Part shown: one piece after another, positions 38,255 to 49,000 of the stretch
Numbering within the stretch: the stretch's first letter is position 1
Layout of the letters: every line of letters starts with the position of its first letter
Assembly (NCBI GenBank): GCA_902611135.1
Contig: CACLYL010000002.1
Location: 167-64,166, forward strand
From: an uncultured Fidelibacterota bacterium
Lineage (GTDB): Bacteria > Fidelibacterota > Marinisomatia > Marinisomatales > UBA1611
Direction: 5' to 3'
DNA length: 64,000 nt
Notes under the pieces: generated by a model
The model's input: the letters and a program-made list of their open reading frames with translations, nothing else
What the model was told of the DNA's origin: nothing
Databases searched by the model: none
Translations under genes and position numbers: made by a program

Positions 38255-39568
38255 ATGATTACTGAAATTGTGATGCCAAAAATGGGTGAATCTTTAAATG
38301 AGGGGACTATTTTAGAGTGGAGAAAGAAAGTTGGAGATACTATTATACTTGATGAGATACTTCTAGAGATTGGCACAGATAAGGTTGATTCAGAAATACC
38401 ATCTCCATGCGAAGGTGTCATTGTAGAAATTCTAGCCAAGCCAAATGATGTAATTGAGGTAGGAAAGGTTATTGCAAAAATTGATTCTGAAAAGAAAGTA
38501 AATAACAAACAAGCAAAAGATAAAAAATTAATTGATACCTTAAAGTTAGATGATTTATCAAAAGATAAAAGAAATAGGTCAGATAAATCAAACGTAGTAT
38601 TGAATGAAAAAAATAAGTCTTATTCGCCAGTTGTAATGAAAATTTTATCTGAGAATAATATATCTTTAAATCAATTAGAGAATATTAATGGTACTGGCAG
38701 AGCAGGTAGGATAACTAAAAAGGATATGCTTCAGTTTATTGAGAATATGAATAATAAAAAAGTTAAAGAAAAAACTGTATCCTCAATAAAAATTAATAAA
38801 AGTGAAGGTACTCCTGAACATGATATTAAAAGTAAAACAGAGACAATCAGGACTGTTTCACCAGGCAAAGTCCAAGAGTTGAGCCATATGAGAAAGGCAA
38901 TTTCAAATCATATGATGAAAAGTATTAGCACCTCAGCTCACGTTTATTTAATGACAGAGATTGATGTTACAGGAATAGTTAATTTTGTAAAAGCTAATCA
39001 GAATTCTTTTTATGAAAAAGAAAACTTTACTCTAACTTATACCCCATTTATTCTGATGAGTACAATTAAAGCCCTTAAAATTCACCCCTTGGTTAATGCA
39101 TCTTTAATCAACGATTCTATACACTATCATAAGCAAATAAATATTGGGTTAGCAGTATCTATTGAGGATGGTCTAATGGTTCCAACAATTTTTAATTGTG
39201 AGGAAAAAAACTTCCTTGGTCTCTGTCGCTCAGTTAATGAGATAGCAAATAGAACTAGATTAAACGAGATAACTCCAGATGAATTGGGTGGATCAACTTT
39301 TAGCATTACTAATTTTGGAGTTTTTGGGATAATGGCTGGAACTCCAATTATTAACCAACCTAATGTTGGGATATTAGGAATTGGATCTATAAAAAAAGCA
39401 CCAGTAGTGATTGAATCCTCCAAAGGAGAGGATGCAATTGCCATTAGAAATATTTTGGTTGCATCTCTTGGTTTTGATCATAGATTAATTGATGGAGCTG
39501 GTGGATCTAATTTCCTCAAAGAAATAAAGAAAAATATAGAGAGCATGAATTTAAAGGATTTAGTATAA
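38255..39568 (+). CDS. Dihydrolipoamide acyltransferase (E2)
   Basis: It has the lipoyl-Lys motif LEIGTDKVDSEIPSP, the E3/E1-binding domain SPVVMKILSENNISLNQLENINGTGRAGRITKKD and the catalytic FDHRLIDGA. Confidence 0.85.
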   Translation: MITEIVMPKMGESLNEGTILEWRKKVGDTIILDEILLEIGTDKVDSEIPSPCEGVIVEILAKPNDVIEVGKVIAKIDSEKKVNNKQAKDKKLIDTLKLDDLSKDKRNRSDKSNVVLNEKNKSYSPVVMKILSENNISLNQLENINGTGRAGRITKKDMLQFIENMNNKKVKEKTVSSIKINKSEGTPEHDIKSKTETIRTVSPGKVQELSHMRKAISNHMMKSISTSAHVYLMTEIDVTGIVNFVKANQNSFYEKENFTLTYTPFILMSTIKALKIHPLVNASLINDSIHYHKQINIGLAVSIEDGLMVPTIFNCEEKNFLGLCRSVNEIANRTRLNEITPDELGGSTFSITNFGVFGIMAGTPIINQPNVGILGIGSIKKAPVVIESSKGEDAIAIRNILVASLGFDHRLIDGAGGSNFLKEIKKNIESMNLKDLV

Positions 39569-40395
39569 TGCCAGTAGATAATGTTTTAAAATTATATTCT
39601 AAAACTATAGAGTCTAAATTTTTACACTATGGTTTTTGGAATGATCCTCGGAAAATAAAATTAGAAGATTTTTCTTTGAATGAAATAAAAAATGCTCAGA
39701 AGAGATACATTCAAAATTTAACATCTTATATACCAAATGAAGTAAAACTAATATTAGATGTTGGATGTGGTATTGGAGGGAATGCTCTGTTTTTAATTAA
39801 CCAAGGGTACAATGTCGAAACATTATCTCCTGATGATTATCAAAAAATGGTAATTGAAGATACTTTTAATGGCTCCGTTCCTTTCTATCATACAAAGTTT
39901 GAGAGTTTTAATTCAAATAAACAATACGATCTTATTTTACAAAGTGAGAGTGCTTGCTACATTAAAATTAACAAAGGATTTAAAAAAGCTTTTGAAATTA
40001 TTAAACCTGGTGGCTATCTATTAGCATCTGACTATTTTGTATACAATGATGATAATTCCGAGAGCCCTCATTTAAAAGCATCTCATAAATTAGATAATTA
40101 TCTATCCAGTGCAGCAAAAAATGGATTTGAAGTTATTAGCAAATTTGATCAAACTGAACACACTATGCCGACCTTAGATTATGCGAAATATTTTCTGGAT
40201 CGATTTATAAATCCAATCTTAGAATATGGGAAATATTCTGCTAGCAAAAATTTCCCAAAACTATTTTATCTGGTTAATAAGAGCATAGCCAATAAAATTG
40301 AAGCCAAAAAAAGACAACTAGAGCTCATCGATAGTATTGAGTTTAAAAGGTACAGAAAGTATATGATATATTTATTCAAGAAAAAACATGTCTGA
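39568..40395 (+). CDS. Class I SAM-dependent methyltransferase
   Basis: 275 aa with motif I ILDVGCGIGGNALFL and motif post-II IKPGGYLLASDY. It is embedded between E2 and lipA with overlapping stop and start codons. Confidence 0.7.
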   Translation: MPVDNVLKLYSKTIESKFLHYGFWNDPRKIKLEDFSLNEIKNAQKRYIQNLTSYIPNEVKLILDVGCGIGGNALFLINQGYNVETLSPDDYQKMVIEDTFNGSVPFYHTKFESFNSNKQYDLILQSESACYIKINKGFKKAFEIIKPGGYLLASDYFVYNDDNSESPHLKASHKLDNYLSSAAKNGFEVISKFDQTEHTMPTLDYAKYFLDRFINPILEYGKYSASKNFPKLFYLVNKSIANKIEAKKRQLELIDSIEFKRYRKYMIYLFKKKHV

Positions 40396-41254
40396 ATCTC
40401 TCACTAAAATATATAAACCAAGGGTTCGTTTTGAATCTTCAAACAGATATAACTCCGTTAAAGGAATTGTTAAAAAAAATAACCTACACACCGTATGCGA
40501 GGAAGCAAGATGTCCAAATATCTTTGAATGTTGGGATAGGGGCACAGCTACGATAATGATTTTGGGAGATATTTGTACCCGAGCTTGCGGATTCTGCTCT
40601 GTTAAAACAGGTAAGCCAATATGGAACGATCCGATGGAACCTATTAGAGCAGCAGAAGCCGTAAAAAAAATGAATTTGAAACATGTGGTTGTGACATCGG
40701 TTGATAGAGATGATTTAAAAGGAGATTATGGTGCTAAAATTTGGGCAGAAACAATAGATCAGATTCATAAAAATGTACCTGATTGCACTGTTGAGGTATT
40801 AACTCCAGATTTTAAGGGTGATAAGAAAGCTTTAAATAAAGTATTTCAAGCAAAGCCAGAGATATTTAGCCACAATATTGAATGCGTAGAGAGAATTAGT
40901 AAACAAGTAAGAACCCAAGCTGTTTGGAAAAGAAGCTTGGAAGTTTTAAGATATTCTGTTGAAAGTAAGATGAGAACCAAAACTGGAATGATGTTGGGCT
41001 TAGGAGAGAAATTTGAAGAAGTAGTTGATACTATGAAAGAAATCGCAGATATTGGTGTTAAAATTTTTACAATTGGTCAATATTTACAACCCAGTAAACA
41101 AAATTTACCTGTTGATAGATATGTTGATAAAAATGAATTTATAAAACTAAAAAGTATTGGTCTTGAAATTGGATTTAGTGTTGTAGAATCTGGTTCTCTA
41201 GTCAGAAGCTCTTACCATGCTGATGAACAAGCGAGGATTGCATTAACGAAATAA
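40388..41254 (+). CDS. lipA: Lipoyl synthase
   Basis: It has CEEARCPNIFECW (auxiliary cluster), the radical-SAM CTRACGFCSV, and SSYHA at the C-terminus. Confidence 0.9.
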   Translation: MSESLTKIYKPRVRFESSNRYNSVKGIVKKNNLHTVCEEARCPNIFECWDRGTATIMILGDICTRACGFCSVKTGKPIWNDPMEPIRAAEAVKKMNLKHVVVTSVDRDDLKGDYGAKIWAETIDQIHKNVPDCTVEVLTPDFKGDKKALNKVFQAKPEIFSHNIECVERISKQVRTQAVWKRSLEVLRYSVESKMRTKTGMMLGLGEKFEEVVDTMKEIADIGVKIFTIGQYLQPSKQNLPVDRYVDKNEFIKLKSIGLEIGFSVVESGSLVRSSYHADEQARIALTK

Positions 41255-41898
41255 TGAATCCAAAGAAAACTCTATTAATATTTACAATTATAGTCTCAAT
41301 TTTATTTAGTCTATATATTCATAAAAATGAAATAAAATATGATCCAAAATTAACAGATGCTCATCATTCTTTTATTGATGATAGTGAACATGAAAATATA
41401 AAGGTTCTAAACCAAGGGAAAAAAAATACTCCTCTAAAAGCTGGGTTTGAAGAAATTGGCAGATTACAAGCTGAAAAAGTACACGATTGGTTAAGACAAA
41501 GCCCCTCCAGCTCAATGAGATTAGCACAATACGCTATAACTGCCTTTGGAGATTCTGGAGAATTAGTAGTATTTTCCGGGATAGGAGGAACTCCCCAAAG
41601 CAATATACAAAGATGGTCGAATCAGTTTAAAAATACGCCAGACCCAAACACCTCCTTAAATTGGGATTTAAAAAACAATGACCTTAATAAGAAATTTGTT
41701 TATTTAGAGGGTACTTTTATTAAATCTGACATGAGAAAGAATAGAGTTTTAGAAGAAATGGAAAATTACAGCTTGCTAGCAGCAATAGTGACAGGATCGC
41801 ATGAGCCATACTATTTTAAGATGACAGGTCCAACAGCACTGATTAAGTCCCAAAAAAATACGTTTGAATCATTCATTGAAAGTCTAATAGAAATTTAG
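41254..41898 (+). CDS. Hypothetical membrane-anchored protein
   Basis: 214-aa ORF with one N-terminal TM helix. Its start overlaps the lipA stop. I recognised no family. Confidence 0.5.
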   Translation: MNPKKTLLIFTIIVSILFSLYIHKNEIKYDPKLTDAHHSFIDDSEHENIKVLNQGKKNTPLKAGFEEIGRLQAEKVHDWLRQSPSSSMRLAQYAITAFGDSGELVVFSGIGGTPQSNIQRWSNQFKNTPDPNTSLNWDLKNNDLNKKFVYLEGTFIKSDMRKNRVLEEMENYSLLAAIVTGSHEPYYFKMTGPTALIKSQKNTFESFIESLIEI

Positions 41899-42001
41899 AA
41901 ACATGCCAAAAATTCAGATCAATAAGAATTTAAAAGCCAAACTAACATTAGTTTTATTCTGGTTCGATTATTGAGTTAAACTTTAAAAACAGGATTTTAA
42001 A

Positions 42002-44401
42002 ATGACAGATAAACTATCCGATAAAGAAATAGAGAATTTCAATATTAATCAAGATGATAAATATCCAGTGATGCCTCTTAGGAATACGGTATTATTCCCC
42101 CAACAAGTTATTCCGATTTATATAGGGCGCGAAAGGAGCCTGAAATTAATAAATGATTTAGGTCCAAAAGACAGATATATCGTTGTTGTAGCTCAGGAAG
42201 ATGGAACGATAGAGGATCCAAGGAAAGAAGATTTATACTCCTATGGAACATTGGCTCAAGTTTTGAAAGTATTTGATATGCCAGACAACAGTAAATCTGC
42301 AATTGTACAAGGAATTTCAAGGATAAAAATATTAGATTACACTGATAGAGATCCTTACTTTTCTGCTATTGTAGAATCATTGGAAGATGATGCTTTTGAT
42401 AGCAGTTTAAAATTAGACTCATTGGCAAGGAAGTTGAGAACAAGTTTCGAGGATTTGATGAAGGTTGCTCCAAATCTTACCGAAGAACATTCTGGAATGT
42501 TAAAAAACATACAAAAATTAAATCGGTTGGCTGATAGAGCAATTTCCGTCATAACCATACCAAATAAAGAGAAGCAAGAAATTTTAGAAGAATTAAATGT
42601 CGAGAAACGCGCTGAAAAAGCCATCAGTTTGATTGCTCGTGAAATTCAAAGAATAAAGCTTGGAGATGAAATTCAGTCAGAAGTGCATGATGAAATTACT
42701 AAAACTCAAAGGGAATATTATTTAAGAGAGCAAATGAAGGCTATTAAAAAGGAGCTTGGAGAGGATGAGGGTTCGGTTGATCACAAAGAACTAGAGGAAA
42801 AATTAGAGGCAGCAAAATTGCCAAAAGAAGCTAAAGTTGTGGCGATGAAAGAACTTGGTAGATTATCTAGGATTCCCACTCAATCGCCTGAATATAATGT
42901 TTCTAGAACATATATTGAATGGTTATCAGATCTACCATGGAGCAAATCCTCAAAGGATAGAATAGATCTAAAAAAAGCACTCGATATCCTTGATGAAGAT
43001 CATTACGGACTTGACAAGGTAAAGCAAAGAATAATTGAATATCTTGCAGTACGAAACCTAAAACAAAAAAAAGACCCAAATGGCACTGTTAGAGGTCCCA
43101 TTCTATGTTTTGGAGGCCCTCCTGGTGTAGGGAAAACATCCTTGGGTAAATCAATAGCTCGTGCAATGGGGAGAGAATTTGTAAGATTATCGCTAGGAGG
43201 AGTTCGTGATGAGGCTGAAATTAGAGGACATAGGAGAACTTATATTGGAGCTTTACCAGGAAGGGTAATACAAAGTATCAAAAAAGCAGGTAAAAATAAC
43301 CCGATTTTTATGCTTGATGAAATTGATAAGTTAGGGTCTGATTTTCGTGGTGACCCCTCCTCTGCATTGTTAGAGGTATTGGATCCTGAACAAAATCATT
43401 CATTTAGTGATCATTATCTTGAAGTTGATTTTGATTTGAGTAAAGTCATGTTTATTGCAACAGCAAATTATCAGGATGCTATACCACCTGCTCTGCTAGA
43501 TAGAATGGAAATAATCGACTTTTCAGGATATATTGTTGATGAAAAAGTTCAAATTGCCAAAAGACATTTACTACCAAAGCAAATAGAAGAAAATGGATTA
43601 ACAAGCGAGAATGTTAGTTTTGATGTATCTTCACTCAAAGAATTAATTAGTTCATATACTAGAGAGGCTGGGGTTAGAAACTTGGAGCGTGAAATAGCAA
43701 ACGTCCTCAGAAAGGCCGCTCGAGAGGTTGTTGAAGATTACACGAAAAAAATTAAAATAAATAAGAAGAAAGTTGGAGATTATCTTGGAGCAGCAAGATT
43801 TTACTCAGAGCTTGCAGAGCGAGCAACTAAGCCTGGAGTAGTTACTGGTTTGGCATGGACTGCAGCTGGAGGAGATATACTATTTGTAGAATCCACTAAA
43901 ATGAAAGGTAAAGGAAAGTTAATCCTAACTGGACAGCTTGGTGATGTCATGAAAGAATCTGTAACGGCTGCACAGACATATGTTAGGGAACATGCAGAGC
44001 AATATAATATTGATATAAGTTTTAATGAAAACTCAGATATTCATGTTCATGTACCTGCAGGTGCAATTCCTAAGGATGGCCCATCCGCTGGAGTAAGTAT
44101 GGTAACATCACTAGTTTCTCTCCTAACTGGAATTTCAGTTAAACCAAAAATAGCAATGACGGGAGAAATTACACTGCGAGGGAATGTCCTTCCCATTGGT
44201 GGTGTAAAGGAAAAAGTTACGGCTGCTCATAGGTCAGGCATAAAAGAAATTGTATTACCAGAGCATAATAGAAAAGACTTAGAAGATGTACCTAAGCATG
44301 TAGCAAAAGATTTAGTATTTCATTTTGCTAAAGAAATAAAAAATGTTTTAAAAGTTGCTATACCAGATCTTGCCTTAAAAAATAAAAAACTTAAAAATTA
44401 A
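42002..44401 (+). CDS. lon: ATP-dependent Lon protease (endopeptidase La)
   Basis: 799 aa with the LON N-domain (PVMPLRNTVLFP), Walker A GPPGVGKTS, Walker B FMLDEIDK, the catalytic Ser in PKDGPSAGV and GGVKEKV. Confidence 0.95.
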   Translation: MTDKLSDKEIENFNINQDDKYPVMPLRNTVLFPQQVIPIYIGRERSLKLINDLGPKDRYIVVVAQEDGTIEDPRKEDLYSYGTLAQVLKVFDMPDNSKSAIVQGISRIKILDYTDRDPYFSAIVESLEDDAFDSSLKLDSLARKLRTSFEDLMKVAPNLTEEHSGMLKNIQKLNRLADRAISVITIPNKEKQEILEELNVEKRAEKAISLIAREIQRIKLGDEIQSEVHDEITKTQREYYLREQMKAIKKELGEDEGSVDHKELEEKLEAAKLPKEAKVVAMKELGRLSRIPTQSPEYNVSRTYIEWLSDLPWSKSSKDRIDLKKALDILDEDHYGLDKVKQRIIEYLAVRNLKQKKDPNGTVRGPILCFGGPPGVGKTSLGKSIARAMGREFVRLSLGGVRDEAEIRGHRRTYIGALPGRVIQSIKKAGKNNPIFMLDEIDKLGSDFRGDPSSALLEVLDPEQNHSFSDHYLEVDFDLSKVMFIATANYQDAIPPALLDRMEIIDFSGYIVDEKVQIAKRHLLPKQIEENGLTSENVSFDVSSLKELISSYTREAGVRNLEREIANVLRKAAREVVEDYTKKIKINKKKVGDYLGAARFYSELAERATKPGVVTGLAWTAAGGDILFVESTKMKGKGKLILTGQLGDVMKESVTAAQTYVREHAEQYNIDISFNENSDIHVHVPAGAIPKDGPSAGVSMVTSLVSLLTGISVKPKIAMTGEITLRGNVLPIGGVKEKVTAAHRSGIKEIVLPEHNRKDLEDVPKHVAKDLVFHFAKEIKNVLKVAIPDLALKNKKLKN

Positions 44402-44435
44402 TTTAAAATTAATTAATATAATTAAGTTAAATAAA

Positions 44436-44509
44436 GGGCGATTAGCTCAGTTGGTTAGAGCACTGCGTTTACACCGCAGGTGTCGGGAGTTCGAATCTCT
44501 CATCGCCCA
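44436..44509 (+). tRNA. tRNA-Val(UAC): tRNA-Val (anticodon UAC)
   Basis: GGGCGATTAGCTCAGTTGGTTAGAGCACTGCGTTTACACCGCAGGTGTCGGGAGTTCGAATCTCTCATCGCCCA folds as a cloverleaf. It has acceptor GGGCGAT/ATCGCCC, anticodon stem CTGCG/CGCAG, loop TTTACAC (anticodon TAC) and a GTTCGAATC T-loop. CCA is not encoded. Confidence 0.9.
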
Positions 44510-44781
44510 CAAATAGCAACCTTAATTTCCTAGTTTAAACTACTAACGGTCTGCTAGCAGTATTTAATTATCAATAGGGTTGATTTAAATGATATTTTCT
44601 AGTTTGGACTTGATATGACCCTAATATATGAATAATTTAATCAGTTAGTATTCTAATAAGTTATGATAAAACGTTGGTTTAAACTTTAACATGATCCTAT
44701 AAATGGCTTCATTTGATTTATATTTCCATTGTAATAATCATTTTATTTAGTACTAATTTTTAGTAATTAATAAGGAAACAA

Positions 44782-44991
44782 ATGCCAGAAAGAAAGCAAG
44801 GAACCGTTAAATGGTTCAATAATTCGAAGGGCTACGGCTTTATAGAAAGTGATGGAGACAAAGATCATTTTGTTCATATGAATGAAATTTTAATGGATGG
44901 TTTTAAAACACTTTCTGAAAATCAAAAAGTTGAGTTTGAAGTTGGTGAAGGACCTAAAGGCCCTGTTGCTAAACAAGTGAAACCTTTATAG
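44782..44991 (+). CDS. cspA: Cold-shock protein (CspA family)
   Basis: 69 aa with [15 protein letters not shown] (RNP1) and DHFVHMNEI (RNP2). It is preceded by AAGGA 6 nt upstream and by a 272-nt untranslated leader. Confidence 0.9.
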   Translation: MPERKQGTVKWFNNSKGYGFIESDGDKDHFVHMNEILMDGFKTLSENQKVEFEVGEGPKGPVAKQVKPL

Positions 44992-45014
44992 TCTTTCCCT
45001 TGAATGAATAAAAA

Positions 45015-45039
45015 AGCCATCTATATAGATGGCTTTTTT
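45015..45039 (+). terminator. Rho-independent terminator after the cold-shock gene
   Basis: AGCCATCTA (45015-45023) and TAGATGGCT (45026-45034) are exact complements, and TTTTT follows (45035-45039). The structure overlaps the first codons of tracked ORF 45004, which argues for the later start at 45058. Confidence 0.7.
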
Positions 45040-45057
45040 ATTTTGATTTATGTTTTT

Positions 45058-46026
45058 ATGAGTTTCTTAGAAAAAGTCAAACACACCTCAGTTGCAATAA
45101 GCAAATATATAAAGAATACAGAATTATTTTATTCTCATAAATTTTCTAATATTTTAAGAAATCAAATCTGGTTTAAACAAGAGAATAAACAGCATACTGG
45201 TTCGTTCAAAATAAGAGGTGCTTTAAGTAAATTAATTTCATTATCTGAAGAAAAAGCAAAAAGAGGAGTTATTGCTGCATCAACAGGTAATCATGGTTTA
45301 GCGGTAGCATATGCTTCAAAAAAACTAGGTATTGAAAGTGAAGTTTATGTTCCAAACACAACACAAAAACATAAAGTTGAGAAAATAAAATCATTTGGTA
45401 CCAAAGTTATTTATCATGGGCAAGATTGTTTAGAGGCTGAAATTAAAGCAAGAAAAGTTTCCCAAGAAAGAAATTGTGAATATATTTCGCCCTATAATGA
45501 TTCTTATGTTATTGAAGGACAAGGAACTATAGCTGATGAAATTGCAAATCAAATAAAAAAGTTAGATATAGTAATAGTATCTGTTGGGGGTGGAGGTTTA
45601 ATTGCAGGAATCTCGCAATATTTAAAATTAAAATGGCCTGATATCCAAGTTGTAGGCTGTTCGCCTAAAAATTCTGCTGTTATGTTGCAATCAATCTTAT
45701 CAGAAGAAATTTTAGAAATAGAATCTAAATCTACTCTTTCTGATGGTACAGCTGGAGGCTTGGAAAAAAGATCAATTACGTTTCCTCTATGTAGAAGTTC
45801 TATTGATCAAAGCATTTTAGTTAGTGAAAAGGATATAAAAAAAGCCATGAAATTATACTTTAAATATGAAAATCAAATTATTGAAGGGGCAGCAGGAGTT
45901 GCCATTGCAGCACTTTTAAAATTAGATAAGGAAGTTGTTGATAAAAGAATTGGTGTTGTGATTTGTGGTGGAAATATTCAAAAAACTTTATTTAATTCTA
46001 TTGTCAATAATCAAGATAAATCTTGA
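45058..46026 (+). CDS. PLP-dependent threonine/serine dehydratase (PALP family)
   Basis: ATG 45058 lies after the terminator. Motifs are the PLP-Lys HTGSFKIRGA, ASTGNHG and the glycine loop SVGGGGLIAG. Confidence 0.8.
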   Translation: MSFLEKVKHTSVAISKYIKNTELFYSHKFSNILRNQIWFKQENKQHTGSFKIRGALSKLISLSEEKAKRGVIAASTGNHGLAVAYASKKLGIESEVYVPNTTQKHKVEKIKSFGTKVIYHGQDCLEAEIKARKVSQERNCEYISPYNDSYVIEGQGTIADEIANQIKKLDIVIVSVGGGGLIAGISQYLKLKWPDIQVVGCSPKNSAVMLQSILSEEILEIESKSTLSDGTAGGLEKRSITFPLCRSSIDQSILVSEKDIKKAMKLYFKYENQIIEGAAGVAIAALLKLDKEVVDKRIGVVICGGNIQKTLFNSIVNNQDKS

Positions 46027-49000
46027 AATATATTTTAATAGCTATATTTTCTTTTATTTTAGTAAAAAGTGAGGAAAAAAAAGACTTATATCATGATTAT
46101 TCTGATCCATTTAAGTATGTTTCATCATCAAAAATTGGTGATAATCCTTTTCCAACAAATCCTTTAAATGACCGAGCTATAGGCTATCTTTTGCAAGGTA
46201 AGGCTCAAAGTGCAATATCAAATTATGGAAATATTATCAATTGGGATGAACACCCAATGGGAATTTGGAATGGATATTCTTATTTACCTTCTGTGGCTTT
46301 TCTTGCTGGTGTTCCTGGACAAAAATATTCATCTAACTTTCAATGGGACAATGTTGAATATATCATAAACGAACAAGGAAACACATTATACGGGATTTGG
46401 GAATCAAGTGATGCTTATGATGATTGGTTTCAAAATGAGAAAAGTAATTATGTAGGAATTATATTTGAATCCAATAATGACTTTGGACTGTGGAATCCAG
46501 ATAGTATCTCAAAAATGGAAACGCTTGATCAAATCAATGATGCCTATCAATGGATAGTTGATAATAATAATAATAAAATTATATTATCATCCAGAGAGGA
46601 TCTTGATCCAAATAAATCATCTTCGAGGATTGGATTTATTTACCCTTGGGCTTTAAGACCATCCTTAATAAGCAGAGAGGAACAATTTGACTTTTATGAT
46701 TATGGGCCTGATCTTCAAGAATGGACTGATGACGATAATTATATGTATTACGGATTTAATGTATCTGAAAGTTGGCTTTCAAGAATACCGGGTTCCATAA
46801 ATGGAGAATGGCAAGCATCAACTATGGCAAGAGTAAATACTCACAACACAACAGTTAAGAATGGTGAGATTTTTGGAGATACGTATGTAACCGATGCAAG
46901 CGATACTTACCCGCTTTTAGCTCACAGTGCTTTTTCTGATACTTGGCCAATACATTTAAATGAAGAAAATGGGAACTATGAACCTCTTTGGCCTGGTTGG
47001 TGGGCTCAAGATTATAATATTAATCTTGCTGGATGTTCCCAATCTAGGAAAGATCCAGACTGCTGGGAAGATGTCCCTGGCAGATTTATCTCTGATATGG
47101 ATATTTACATGGAATTTGATGATAGATGGGCTCACAGAGGTAATATGGTAAATACAAATAATGAATACGAACAAACAGGCTACCCAATGGGCTTAAAGAT
47201 TATGGCTGAGGCCCACTCTTATGGTGTTTCATATGCAGAAGATATATTGTTCGTTACTGTTAAAGTTAGGAACGAAAGTGGAGATTGGTGCGCAGAGGAC
47301 GAAAACGGCCAACCAGTATTAGACCAATTTGGTGAGCAAAAGTGTGGCGAAGCTATGATTATGCCCGATGGCACAAAATTAAATAACGGCTTAGGATTTG
47401 ATTACCAAGGTACTAGCTTAGGATTTTATTTTGATGCCGATGTTTTGGTTGGGGATCAAAGTGGATATAATGCGTCATATCATACGAATGATGATGATTT
47501 TATGAAATATTATTGGGATATTTTCGAAGTAAATAATGAAAGAATGCTCATTTCAATGGCAATGGTAGGAGATTATGACGGTCAAAGTGGAGTTGGTGGG
47601 TATGCGATGAATGGACAGAGCAACGGTAGTTCAGATTTTGGAATTGTAGCCACTCAACTATTAGACTCTCCAAAAGCAACAGATCCTGTTGATTTAGACC
47701 AAGATGGAACAATTGATATTTTTCCTGGAGAACCACTTAAAATGACTGATTGGCATTGGTTTGATTGGTATAGCAGACCAGGAGTTCCACAAATGGAAAG
47801 CAATGCTAGCAGTTGTTATACTGGTGCAGAGGGATGCCCTCAAGCTAGAAACAAAGAAGAAATAATGTATAAAATTATGACAGGCGATACGGTTAACCTT
47901 AGTGAAAATGAAAAGCAATGGCATTTTCATACTTCGGATCCAGGCACAGATTTGAACTCAGAATTAAATCCGCATTTTGATTCCTTAGAAGGTTTACTTG
48001 AGGAACCAGCTTTTCTCAGAGATCCAGAAGGGCTAGATTGTTCAATTTTTCTGAGTTGTGGTCCATTTGATCTTCCTGTTGGTAGAGAGGTACCTTTTTC
48101 TTTTTGCATTATATTTGGCCAAAATGAAACAGATTTGATAAACAATGCAAGGTTTGCACAAGTAATGTATAATTCAAAATACCAAGGATTTACGCCTCCA
48201 TCTCGGCCAAATGTGTATGCTGAATCAGATACAGGATCCATAAAGTTATATTGGGATGATATTGCTGAAATATCTACGGATGTTCTAACTGGATATTCAG
48301 ATTTTGAAGGGTATAAGATATATAAAAGTATAGATGGTGGAGAAAATTGGGGAGAAGCGTCCAAAAGAATATATACTACGGAAGGTTTATTCGTTGGTTG
48401 GATCCCTTATAAACAATATGATTTGTCTGCAATTGAGGATTCTCTGCATTGTGTTTATTCAAATAATTATAATTGTCCAAAAACCCTAAGGCGTAATCAT
48501 TCCATAAAAGGACCTGATCCTTATTCCCCATGGTTTAATCTTGGTGATGATACTGGATTAGATATAATAAGATTAGAAGAGAAAGATTGGTTAGAAATAA
48601 ACAATACTGTTTATAAATATATGTATGAAGATAAAGATGTTGTTGATGGCATGGAATATACCTACTCAATTGTTGCCTACGATATGGGAGTCGAGCCGAC
48701 TTATCAAACAAATTATATTAAACTAGGTAATGATGAATTCCAATCAGTTATAGATACCAATTTTTCAAACCCAGACCAATGGGCAAATCCAGATGGCTAT
48801 GCTTCAATAGAAAATTCTAAAGGAACTACAATTTTAGATAGAAATTTTGTTCAAGTTTATCCCGGGATTAAACCTCAGGAAAATTTAAACAAAGTGAGGG
48901 TTGTTCCAAATCCATATCTTGCAAGGTCAAACTTTAAAGAATCTGAATTTTTGAGAAGGATCAGGTTTATTAACCTACCTTCAAAGTGTGTGATTAAAAT

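Noticed and set aside
44531-44560. Palindromes after tRNA-Val as an intrinsic terminator
   Set aside because: Both are perfect palindromes with no loop-forming spacer, and no T-run follows. They are mentioned only as part of the csp leader finding.
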